64,000 nucleotides of DNA from Tetramitus jugosus. Lineage: Eukaryota; Protista; Heterolobosea. Position 1 is the stretch's first letter. Every line of letters starts with the position of its first letter. The translations under genes were made by a program, and so were the position numbers. The notes beneath the pieces were generated by a model, which was not told the DNA's origin, made no database searches, and saw only the letters and a list, made by a program, of their open reading frames with translations. Below are positions 42,357 to 53,526 of this stretch, in pieces. Where the stretch lies: assembly GCA_937625935.1 (NCBI GenBank), contig OW569378.1:310001-374000 (forward strand), read 5' to 3'.

Positions 42357-43424
42357 ATGAAAAGATATAGTCGAAATCAAGGTCACTTGATCGTTTTGCT
42401 TGTGTCCCTGTTCACAATGATGATGATGCACGTCACAAGAGGTGAAGATCCTCCTGTGACGATAAACGTAGCAGGTGGCGTGCTTCTTGCACCTCCAGAT
42501 GAAAAGCAATGGACATGGACTCAGTTTATTGTTGACCTCTATCAAACGCAGCAATTCTTGCAAGTGTTGACAGTGTGCGCGACGAATTCCTTTTTGATAC
42601 CTGCCATTTACATGGCTTATAAGCGGTGCATGTACCCAGAGTGCGTTGGAGTTTTCATGCTGTTTGTAACGAGCACGTTCTATCATATTGGTGAGACATT
42701 GGGAGTGAAAATACTGGGGATGAATCATGGTCAATGGCATCGACTGGACAACATTTTCGTTATTTGCTCGCTGCAGAATTTGTTGTTTTTCTTGTGCTTT
42801 AGTACTTGTGTGACTCATATTCGTCAAAACACGCAAGATGAGTCCGCTGCGAATATGATGCGGTACATTGCGAGTGATGAAAAGTTTATTTCTCTTCAAA
42901 AGAAATGGTTAGAGTTTATGAGATGGGCATCGAATGCCATGGTAATATTCTGTCAGGAGAAGGGACCTTGGAATGAATTGTACACGATATTGCCCATTTT
43001 ATTAGTGTTGATTTACTGCTTTTATCACTTGTATAGGACTCCATATCGATACAAACCGAGATACAATATGAAAAGATTGAGTTACGGTCTTGTTTTCATG
43101 ATCATTGGTGTCGTGTTTTTCATCCGGGGATTAGACGACAGTAATGACTACTTGAAGATCAATCATGGATTATGGCATAGCTTCGCGGCAATTGGTTCAA
43201 TGTTTCTCTTTGATGGGAAGCAGACTTCGAAGCGAGTAATCAAACTACTGGCACAGAGAGAGGCTCGTATTGAGTCACTGGACGAACAGTATGCCAACAA
43301 TAGCAAATCAGCGAATGATACGTCAACTCCTATCGCTAAATCTCACTCATCATCCGTGGCATCATTCACTGTTCATAGCCGAGTGAGGGAGATTCACCCG
43401 TTGACATCTGAATACGACGTATAA
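42357..43424 (+). CDS. TMEM8/PGAP6/myomaker-like CREST-superfamily 7-TM protein
   Basis: Signal peptide; TNSFLIPAI, STFYH, HRLD, DYLKINHGLWH (SxxxH, D, HxxxH). Confidence 0.8.
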   Translation: MKRYSRNQGHLIVLLVSLFTMMMMHVTRGEDPPVTINVAGGVLLAPPDEKQWTWTQFIVDLYQTQQFLQVLTVCATNSFLIPAIYMAYKRCMYPECVGVFMLFVTSTFYHIGETLGVKILGMNHGQWHRLDNIFVICSLQNLLFFLCFSTCVTHIRQNTQDESAANMMRYIASDEKFISLQKKWLEFMRWASNAMVIFCQEKGPWNELYTILPILLVLIYCFYHLYRTPYRYKPRYNMKRLSYGLVFMIIGVVFFIRGLDDSNDYLKINHGLWHSFAAIGSMFLFDGKQTSKRVIKLLAQREARIESLDEQYANNSKSANDTSTPIAKSHSSSVASFTVHSRVREIHPLTSEYDV

Positions 43425-43788
43425 TTTTCGTCGCTCCTTTGAGAAGTGATACCGAAAAAGTGATCATTGAACAACAAGTTGTCGTGTCACATGCAAGTAA
43501 GTACAATACATTAATCAAATGAGATGGATCAGAAAAGTCACCAAGGGTTCCACTTTATTCAGAACAGTACTGTTACTTACGGGATCTGAACTCTCTCGGT
43601 TCACTATAACTCAGTAACCAAGAGAGAATTGAATGACTTTGCCTTCACGAAAAACACAAAAAAAGAGAAATAGTGTACAACTAGTGGTCGTCTGTGCAAG
43701 CAAATACACTGAGGCGAATAATAAAGTACAGAGAGTGGGCACAAATGCATCACACAAATTCCTTAGGGAATCAATATTTGTCATTCTC

Positions 43789-44655
43789 TCACATGAGAGT
43801 GCAAACCTTCTTCCAAGGAGCCTTCTTCTTTGTTGGCTTGTTTCGTCTCTTGAACCTCTTGGCAGCCTTCTTATCTCTGGGGCACACCACAGCAGCAATA
43901 CATTCGTCAAAGGCTTCCATGAGACCCTTCTTTGATAGTGCACTGCACTCGATAAATCCATCGAGCTTATAATCCCTAACCATTTGTAAGCCGTCATCCC
44001 TGGACAAGGGCACAGTTCTCTTCTCGTTCATCTTGATAACCACGCTCCTGTGATCTCTCATGTCAATCTTTGTTGCTACGAGAATAATGGGCACATTTGG
44101 TGTGTGCTCTCGTATTTCCGGAACCCATTTTCGCCCAATATTGAGGGCCGTTTCCGGATCTACAGACGAGTAGCACAGCATAAAAACATTGGTGTGAGGA
44201 TAGGACATTGGTCTTAGCTTATCATAGTCCTCTTGTCCAGCAGTATCCCATAGACTCAACCGAACAATTTTATCATCCGAGTTGGGAGTTCTGGGAGAGG
44301 AGGGACTGCCCAACGAATCTAGTCTCTGTCCTATACCAATTCCTTGATTGTTGATTCGTGAGGGTGTCGAAGGACTCTTACTGTCGTTGTTCGATGATGA
44401 CGAAGACGACGAAAAATGGCCACTGATATTCCTAGCTCTCTTGCCACTGCTAATACTGCTGCTACTTCCACTATTGTTTCGGTGACTGTTCTTACTGGAT
44501 GACCAAACGACATTGGCCGTATAATGCTCAAACACTGTCGGTATGTAATCCCCAGGGAAATAATTGTGAGTGTAGCTTACAAGGAGACTAGTTTTTCCGA
44601 CGCCTCCATCGCCGACTACAACGAGCTTTATGTCATGGTCATATTCTTGTTTCAT
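43789..44655 (-). CDS. Rho/Rac-family small GTPase with long Ser-rich insert
   Basis: GDGGVGKT, YIPTVFE, LWDTAGQEDYDKLRPMSYP, TKID, ECSA, polybasic tail and CAAX CTLM. Confidence 0.92.
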   Translation of the reverse strand: MKQEYDHDIKLVVVGDGGVGKTSLLVSYTHNYFPGDYIPTVFEHYTANVVWSSSKNSHRNNSGSSSSISSGKRARNISGHFSSSSSSSNNDSKSPSTPSRINNQGIGIGQRLDSLGSPSSPRTPNSDDKIVRLSLWDTAGQEDYDKLRPMSYPHTNVFMLCYSSVDPETALNIGRKWVPEIREHTPNVPIILVATKIDMRDHRSVVIKMNEKRTVPLSRDDGLQMVRDYKLDGFIECSALSKKGLMEAFDECIAAVVCPRDKKAAKRFKRRNKPTKKKAPWKKVCTLM

Positions 44656-45555
44656 TGGTGGGCAAAAGTTTTGGGTGGGTGGTGTTGTTTGAGAGGGTTC
44701 TAGTGTGTGGTGTGAAGAAAAAGATGTGACTCAGTGATGGTGATAGGTATGGGTGTTTGTTTCTCTTCCCGAAAGATCTCACGGGTTTTTCGAATAAGTG
44801 GAAAGTCTGTGGAGTCAAAGAAAGGTAGCAATCGTAAGTAACAACAAGTATTCGCTAGTTTTGTTCGAAGAGGAAGAGTGTGATTGATGGTGTTTGATTG
44901 TGATGTTCTCAATTCAAAAAAAGAACCAAGTCTGACGTTAAATGGTGATGGTAATCCTCGAATCGTATTCGTTATGTCAGAAGAGATGAGTTGAGTTGAC
45001 GAGAGTTCTTTATCGCGTGGGTGCTGTCAACCATGACAAAATTATGCGAAGATTCAATACTCCGACCGTAAGGATTCTTTGTAAGCGTGTTATTGGACCA
45101 TATGGGAAAGAATATATCGGGAAGTGATGGTTGCCAAGAAATAATGATTGGAACGCTGACTCTGGTCAATTTTATTTTGAAAAGTCCTTTGGGTTCCAAC
45201 AACGTATAGTTGGACTTCTGGGTTGTCCGACTTCGGCCTGACAGTACTTGGTTCCATGCTCTAGACCAATTCAACGGATTCTTTCTGGATGTCAAATTTT
45301 TCACGGATAAGAGAGGGGATTTGAGAGAGTGAAAGGTGAGCTATTCAGTGATCCGTAGATCAAGAAAAAGAAGGTACCAACTCTTGAACTAAATAAAATG
45401 TACTGATGAGAATCGTCCATGATTATCCACTTAAATCCTATGATCATTGATTCGGATGCCTCAGTGTCCCCTTTTTTTCCTTTGTTGTATTCAACGTTGC
45501 AACTTCGTGTCGGCGTCAAGCATCTACAGTTCAATTTCTCCGCCCGAAAACTGTT

Positions 45556-46944
45556 ATGTTTGTTGGCGATTTCAACTTTAGAAATCTCTCTTCTGAGAAT
45601 CAAGTCACAAAGACCATGATAGAAGAACAGATAAGTCTGAACGATAGTTCGATCGAAGGAGAACAAGATGTTCCCCGAGAGCTTGAACCAACGTTGAACA
45701 CAAGTCATGGAGAGGAAGAATCGATTCCGGATTCTGAGGCTCAAAATTCCACTGATGCAACTGTATTTACTTCCGTTCGAGGCGTGGGGACATCTGAAGA
45801 GGAGAGAATTTATCAATTGAAACTTGAAATTGAAAGATTGGCGCTTGAGACGCAAGTTCAAGAAAAGAAGCTCGGTGTGTTGAATCCCAAGTTGGTTCTC
45901 TCTGATCAGGAAGAACAAAACCGAAACAATAGCTACACAGAAGAACAGGGCGGAGAAGATGATGGGGATAGAGAGGTTTGGGTTGACGCAGAGACTGCAT
46001 TTCGTATGAGAGTGGAGTCGGCCATGCGAAAGTACTTCTCTCAGCAACCTCCTCTGGATGAAAGTAATCTTCCACATCCTCTATCTCAACTTGAACTCGC
46101 AGAACTAATTGAAGAATACGAAGAGAGAAGGAGACAACTGGAAGAGGAGGGATACTACCTCGAAGCGCAACAGGTGATGAACAAAATCAAAGAAGTGAAC
46201 TTGATCGAAACACAAAAGATGGAACAGGTAATGGCCAGAAAACAACAAAGATTGAAGAAAGATCTGAAGAAGAAACAAGAAGTGGAAATGAAGGTGTTTG
46301 GAGAGATATGGAGTGAAAAGATGGAGGAGTATGAGAAACGAGCAAAAGAAGTCGTACTAGCAACAGTGGAAAGACACAAATGGGAGATTACTGAATTGGA
46401 GAAGGTGTTAAGGTCTTCTGCCTATCTTAAGAAACCTAAATTTTCCAAGGAAGTATTGAACATGAAGAACATGCTCCAGAAATTAGTGAAACAAAAGATG
46501 TACGAAGAAGCTGATGCCCTTCGCCGGAACCTGAAGCCATTTGAGTTGAAGGATCTCGCAGACTTCCAAAAACTTGTAGAGAGTCAGATACAACAGAAGA
46601 TGAACATTGTAAAGAATCAACAGAGCCAGGAGGTTGAAGCTATCAAACAACGAATCCTCAAAGGAAAAACCGAGCTAGTAAACAATCGAAAGAATGATCA
46701 AAGAAGGCTCGAACAACAACATCACAACATACTTCAAGATTTCGAGATGAAAAAGAGAAGAGTCATAACAAAGACAAAGGACTACCTCGGAAAACAATCA
46801 TCCGTCTTGCTCTCCTCACCTAGAAAGAGTTCTCTGGATTTTTCAGTCTTATCTTTTGGAAATTCAACCTTTGACAGACTGTCTGAGCAATTACAAGGCT
46901 GCAGAAATGTTCCTTCAAACTCACAGAGACTGTTTATTTCCTAA
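45556..46944 (+). CDS. Coiled-coil protein with UVR-like YxEA motifs (possibly flagellar)
   Basis: E/K/Q-rich helices; EEEGYYLEAQQV and KQKMYEEADALR; KPKFSKEVLN. Confidence 0.55.
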   Translation: MFVGDFNFRNLSSENQVTKTMIEEQISLNDSSIEGEQDVPRELEPTLNTSHGEEESIPDSEAQNSTDATVFTSVRGVGTSEEERIYQLKLEIERLALETQVQEKKLGVLNPKLVLSDQEEQNRNNSYTEEQGGEDDGDREVWVDAETAFRMRVESAMRKYFSQQPPLDESNLPHPLSQLELAELIEEYEERRRQLEEEGYYLEAQQVMNKIKEVNLIETQKMEQVMARKQQRLKKDLKKKQEVEMKVFGEIWSEKMEEYEKRAKEVVLATVERHKWEITELEKVLRSSAYLKKPKFSKEVLNMKNMLQKLVKQKMYEEADALRRNLKPFELKDLADFQKLVESQIQQKMNIVKNQQSQEVEAIKQRILKGKTELVNNRKNDQRRLEQQHHNILQDFEMKKRRVITKTKDYLGKQSSVLLSSPRKSSLDFSVLSFGNSTFDRLSEQLQGCRNVPSNSQRLFIS

Positions 46945-47096
46945 TTCATCCCTATCTGACAACAAGATCTTGATACTAATAAAGTGAACTCCGACCGATG
47001 TCAAGTTCAGGCAGAAACACACGTGCGAATCATCACACCTTGAAAAAAACACATCCAGAAAAAGAAAATCAACCAGATCAATAATAAGAGAGAAGG

Positions 47097-49670
47097 ATGC
47101 ACCTATCAAACTCCATTATTGATTCCGTGCTGACTACTCAGACGATTGAATATGATGAACAGACCCATAGTCTCATCTTCAAACAACATGAGATTGACAT
47201 GTTTGATCCGAGTCATGTGAACTGGGTGACTGATCATTATTTGCCCTTGTTGAGTACAGCTACCACCAATTGTAATCATTTGGTGCCGTATGACAAGATT
47301 GAGTATCATCAAGACAAGAACAAGGAACTGAGAAGCTTTCAAATCTTTTCATCGAGTGATTCTGCACTCGTGAGTGCCATTTTGGATGAGAGCAGGAGTG
47401 ATAGTGCTGGTTCATGCTCCACATTGGCTCAGATCATTCATCAAAAGTATGATGAATCGTTTAAGGGGGGATTGGCAGATCAAGGAACGGGTAACATTGG
47501 TGGATTTAGCTTGGAGGACGTCATGGTTATTGCTCTGTGCTTGTTGAGTGGATTACGCGTGTTGAGCGATCATGAAATCTCGCACAACAATATCACTCCG
47601 AAATCCATCTTGTACGTGAGGGATGAGAACCGGTATTTGCTGTCGAATTATGGTGTCGGTTTTGAGAAGATGGGTCAGTTGATGTTGACTGAAAACGAAG
47701 TGTACTTTGCTCCTGAAGTGTTTGAAAGCAATCGATTCTCAGTGCATTCTGATATTTATTCGTTTGGTGCTGTCATGTTAAAAGTGATGCTCATGAGAGA
47801 TGCCTATGTTGATTTCTCTGAGCCGAACAGTGCTGATACAATTGTTGAGGAGGTTTTGCGTCGCTTGAATCGCCGTGAGCCTAATTTGAACACATTTGTT
47901 TCGCTGATTGTGAAGTGTATGTCTGATGAAGAGTCAGATAGGCCTTCACTAAGTGCAATTACTGATTCATTGATTGCTTTGGAAGATAGCATGAAAGCTC
48001 CTTCCGTTTTCGCACAGCAGTTCCAATCATACGCCGGTTTGGATGTTGTTTCAGGCGGAGGTTCCTCTAGAAAGATGGCTAAGAAGAGGTCTATTAGAAC
48101 CAGTGATTATAAGGAGGAATCAAAAGGCGCACCACCTTCAAAACCACAACCACGATTTCCATTGGTATCGAGTGCATCTCTTCCTTCACCAAAACCGCAA
48201 GCCACTGGAGCAAGTCTCTTTTATTCACCGCCACCAGTATCATCATCAGCGCCTCCACCCCCTCCTGTATCAACACCCTCTCCTGCATCTCATGTATCAT
48301 CATCACCAGCGCCTCCTCCATTCGAAAAGGAGGAAGAAGATGAAGAAGAATCTATGTGGGATATGCCCATGAGCTTTCTTCAAGTGAGTGAAACAATCAC
48401 ACGTAGCAGAAAGGAAAAAGCTGTAGAGAGGTCGGAGAGCATGGAAGAGAAAGCCTTTGAATTCCAGGGTCGTAGTTACTCAGGTGCTGCTCCAGCAACT
48501 AGTCACATGGAGCTCAAGAAAAGTAAGAAAACAACTCTGTCTTCCCTTATATCTTGGGTGAGGTCATATATCAAACCAAGTAGAGCTGCTCAGATGAGTA
48601 GTGCCAGCAAACCTCAAGCTCAGATCGAATCCTTTGACCGTATGTTATGTTTTTCACTTTTGCACTTTACTCTGCTAGACTAATCACACAAACAAATTGC
48701 GTACTTGTTCTATAGATGATATGGGACAAAAATCTGAAGAAAATGATGAGGATGTCAATATGGAAGATGACAATGAAGCCAATGTGGAGCAACCAAAGGA
48801 AAAACCAAAGGATAGATATAAGCTTCTACGACGTATTGGCGTAGGAGCTCAGGGAACATGTCTTCTCGTAGAAAGAGACGGTATACAATATGCGATGAAG
48901 GTAATACGATCCTACATTCATGTTCTGTGACAAATTTTCATTGATTTGCTAACATTATCTTCTATTCATAGCGGTTCCAAAATGCTCATTATGATGAATA
49001 TAAGAACGAGTTGGATGCCTTACAATCCCTAACAAACCCGTATATTGTATCAGTGATTGAGAGTTTTACAGATTATGACGAATGTGGTGAGGCTCTTCAT
49101 TACATTGTATTGGAGTACTGCGAACACGGGGATCTGGCACAGTTTCTCATTCGAAACTATAGAAGAAAGCAAATGCCACAAGAAAAGTTTGTACGAACAA
49201 TTGTTGACATATTGAAGGGAATAGTACATATTCACAATAATGGATGTGGCCATTTCGATCTCAAACCGGCCAATATTTTCATCACACAAAAGAATGAGAT
49301 TAAGATTGGAGACTTTGGATTCAGTTCCAAGTTTGGTCTGCCAGTCAAGGGAGGCAGCCAAGAATACGTGCCACCAGAGCAACAACAAATTGCTGGTTTT
49401 CCTTGTATCGGTACACCAAAACATGACATATTCGCACTCGGTGTCATTTGTGTAGAGATGCTCACCAGAAAGAAACGAGATTTAAAACTTGAAATGAAAA
49501 CAACGAACTGGTTTGACCAACTTTGGAGCACTGAATGCCACCAGCACTATTCTGAAGAGTTGGCTCCTTGGATCTCTGACTTACTCGCTCGTCTACCCGA
49601 CCAACGACCAATGGCCAAGGCTGCTCTCACCAAGTTGGAAACGATTTCGACCTCTTCGAATGTTCAGTGA
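47097..49670 (+). CDS. Tandem pseudokinase + active Ser/Thr kinase; introns 48640-48715 and 48901-48971
   Basis: Domain 1: HNNITPKSIL, SNYG, YFAPE, SDIYSFG. Pro/Ser linker. Domain 2: GVGAQG, AMK, HFDLKPANIF, GDFG, YVPPE. Two GT-AG introns join the three ORFs in frame. Confidence 0.8.
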
Positions 49671-49798
49671 ATAAATTCTATGAACACAAGCCTTGCATAA
49701 TTTCATTCTGAATACAACCAGCCAAATTTTTGCTGTGTACAAAAACTCCGCTTCAACCAAAAAATGCTTCTTTCCATGATCTCAACAACCAAAAAACA

Positions 49799-51128
49799 AT
49801 GAGCAATCAATATAACATTGCCCCACCGACCAATGGTAAGATCATTCTCTACACGTCAATGGGTGAGATTGAGATTGAATTGTGGTCAAAAGGTGTGTTT
49901 CCTTTTTTATTTTTCCGTCTCCTTCCAAAATTCCTCCTTTTTTCTTACAAAAAATGTTACAAAAAATATTGGATAAACACTGCAGAAATACCAAACAATT
50001 GTAGACTATTCATCCGACGATGTCTCGAAGGTTACTATAACAATTGCATCTTCCATCGAATCATTCCAGATTTCATTGTTCAAACAGGGTTGGCCTCCAA
50101 TTGTAGTCACAAGAGCAGTGACAAAGACAAGAACAAGACAGAACCGGATGAATTTCACTCGAGAATCAAGTTTCTTCATAGAGGGATTGTAGCATGTGCA
50201 GGATCGAACGGTGAGAACGATGGTGAGTTCTTTATTACGTTGAACAAGGCGGAACAGTTGAATCACAAGCACACGATACTGGGCAAGGTCGTTGGTGATA
50301 CCATTTACAATGTTCTGAAAATGTCAGAGTTGGAAGTCGATGACGACAATACTCCCGTGCATCCTCCAAAAGTATTGAGAGCAGAAGTGGTGGTGAATCC
50401 ATTTCCCGATCTTGTCGTCAGTCAACTGCCAAGTAGTGATGTAAATAAGCAGGGAATGAAGCAGCGTAAGAAGAAGGCTGTTAAAAACGTGAATTTACTT
50501 TCATTTGGAGATGAAATTGATGAAGCAGTGACTGGTGGCATTGACAGTAGGTATGTTCAGTAACAACTAATAAGTAACATTTTTATGTGATTACGATGAA
50601 CTGACTTGCAAATTTTGTTTCAATAGTCATGATGTTCTGGACGTTTCAAAGAAGGTCTCAAAGAAGAAAAAGGTACCTCAGACGACAACTGAAGTTCCTC
50701 GAGCAATCATGACTCCAACCGCCTCTCAAAAGGTCGCAGAGACAGATGCAACACTACAACCAGAATCCTCGCCTGTACAAACTGCTCCAAAGAATATCGA
50801 AACAAAACCTACTCCTTCACTTGCCCCAAGACAGGTAGAACAACCACCTATTATAGATCGTTTCAGGAAGACTGAAACTGAAACGAAGCAACCAACAGTA
50901 ACCGAGAAGCCTGGTCGACAATCGAAATATTTGAGTAAGAAGCGAAGCCGAGGAAGCAAAGAAGAAGATACTATGGAAAAGTTGTCCAAGTTTGCTAGAG
51001 GAATTACGGACACAGATAACAAGAGTGACTGGCGCAGTCACAAGCTCGCGTTCGACAAATTGAATCAGCGAGAAGCCAACAAGGCAGAAGAAGAGTACGA
51101 AGTTTATGATCCAACAGGAAAAACTTAA
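49799..51128 (+). CDS. CWC27: Spliceosome-associated cyclophilin CWC27; introns 49893-49985 and 50551-50626
   Basis: MSNQYNIAPPTNGKIILYTSMGEIEIELWSKE, CLEGYYNNCIFHR, DEFHSRIKF.HRG, GDTIYNVL, NLLSFGDE, SSHDVL, W.SHKL.F, Y.VYDP. Confidence 0.9.
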
Positions 51129-51142
51129 CCGAATTGATTCAT

Positions 51143-53314
51143 TTATCTCTTTGCCTTCTTTCCTCTGTTGCTTGCAGACTGATTTGATAGCTTTCGTTTC
51201 CCACGATAACCTCTTGTCGCTCGACTACCCCGTGTGTTGCCTTTGTTCGAACTTGTGCTCTGTGGTGGTGCTACCTCCTGTGAAGCACTAGGTTTTGGCC
51301 GTGTGTTCGGATTATTGTTTTGTGGCTGCTGGATGGTGGAAGAAGAATTGCTCGTGGGCAATAAAATGACTCTGCCTGTTGTTGCTGGTTTCTCTGGCTG
51401 TTTTTCCATTAGCTTTTTCGACATTGGAGGAGGAGTAGAACTCTCATCATCAGTTTGATTATCCATTGATTCGTCTTCGTTCTCCAACAATGGCGTCTGT
51501 GATCCTTCATTCGGCTCAATGACAGGGCTAGGAGTTAACAAGTTGGAATCGTGAGACTCAAACTCTAATTCATCAGTGTCTAGTGGCTCCGATGAAACTT
51601 CCTCTTCTCTCGGCACTTCTTCAGGTTGAATAGGTAGCGTCGTGCTCTTTGTTTTTGTTGCTGTTGACTCTTGTGGTTGTAATTCTACTTGCTCGCCTAC
51701 AACTATTGCCTGTTCAGTCTCTTCGCGCGGCTCAGCAACCGTGCTCTCTATTGCACTCGACGCAGTCGGAGCTCGGACTTGATCATTGATTTGCTCGTCA
51801 ATTTGCGTCTCTGTTGGCCCAATGACTTGCTCTGGCTCCTGAATAGATGGAGGGTTCTGTGCACGCTCTCTCTCATCGAGCAACCTCCGCAGTTCTTTCT
51901 TCCGATTCATATGCTTCAGATAAAAGGGAGATAGTGTCGAATTGAGCAACAAATTCGCATGTCGCAACTTTTGAAAACAGTCTACACTCTCTGATTTCAG
52001 ATGAAACGGATCATCAACATCCTTGATTGTCTGAATCGCTGAAAACACTTGTTTCCAACCTGGTAACTGCTCTGGAATGCGCAACTCGATCGTTTGTCCA
52101 TCTCCTCCGACGGTGTTTGCGAGTGCTGTCGTATTGACCACTGGATAGGACTCGTCCATGGGAGGTGATCCATGAATGCACGGACACCAGAACCGATGAG
52201 CATCACACGGATCAAACACCACCTTGTTATTATTATTGACCACCAACAATGGTACTCGAACTTGACAATACTCACAATACAGACACTTTACACTATCATC
52301 AACGTGATTGTTCTTTGATTGTTTTTGGCTTCCATCTGCTGAAGAAAGCATCATCGTCTGCGCAGTCGCACTGTTCAACAACAATGGTCTCACTTTCCAA
52401 CCAAATATCGCAATCCAAACACACCTCTCCAACCATTCTCTCTCTCGCTGCAATTGTTCACTCGAAAACATGACACTCATTATCGATTCAATCATTTTTC
52501 GATTCGTTTGAACATAAACTTGCATAAATCGCTCATGAAACATCAAATAGGACCCAGATAATGACATGACTTGTTTCAATCTCAATAAAAACTTTGCTCT
52601 GTGCATGCGTCCTGCATTGTAAACGACACTTGAGGCATCTTCATTCTCATGATACGTAAACTGGTGACCAAACAATAGCATTTGAAAGGGAGATGACTGG
52701 TGATGATAGGCACATGATGTCCTACAGTGAGCATTCTTCATTTTTTGAATGAAACCATCACATAATTTTTTCACAATCAAACAATTCTTATCACTGTGAT
52801 CTTTCTTGCTTCTATTTTTATCATCATCATCATCACAATAGGAAGAAAGAAAAGAAGGAAGTCGAAAGCTAAGCATGACTCCACAATCCACACATTGAAT
52901 CACATCGACATCTACACATGCATAACCATATCTTGCACAAACAGGTGGCCGTATCGCAAATGGTTTATGGTACCAACTGTTATTGGTTCGTTAGCTTGTA
53001 ACTGTACTGGTGAAAACAAAATTTTCAAAAAAAAAAATTCCAAAAAAAAATGGATCGTACTTTTTGGCGGTAAAAGTCGCGACGCGGGATTTGAATTGTT
53101 TGGAGATGAATGGACTCTGTTCATTATTGTTGTGAGTGAGATGGTAATGATGATCGTGAGTCATCATGTGTTGTTGTTGCTTCATGTCATGATGTTGTTG
53201 AGATGAGTGATGATGATGATGATTGGAGAGGGAGTCTAGAAGATTTTGGATCGTGGAGATTTGTGTTGAAAGCAATGATCCATCGTCATGATCCACAGGT
53301 GATGATTGTGTCAT
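51143..53314 (-). CDS. ZC3HC1: NIPA/ZC3HC1 (Rsm1/Pml39)-like C3HC zinc-finger protein; intron 52977-53060
   Basis: Spliced FKSRVATFTAKN-WYHKPFAIRPPVCARYGY...IQCVDC...H...C; second module AIFGW...LYCEYC...FDP..AHRFWCP; acidic low-complexity tail. Confidence 0.8.
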
Positions 53315-53526
53315 TTTTGATTTTATGGTTGTTTTTTGTTTTCTTTTGGAGGAGAAACAGATTTTTTTGCAGCAAAAGAAAAACCTTTTCGCTTACTTAA
53401 CTTTGCTTCTCCAATTCATCTGCCTCCACGAACCATAGAGGCTGGTGAAATAATGAATATCACACAGATGACACTGATGTATATCCTCACTAATAGCAGC
53501 GATTCAGTGAATCATAACTTTTTGGT

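Noticed and set aside
44700-45555. Long intergenic region with 70-110 aa ORFs
   Set aside because: No recognisable protein or RNA motifs; probably UTR and promoter of divergent genes.
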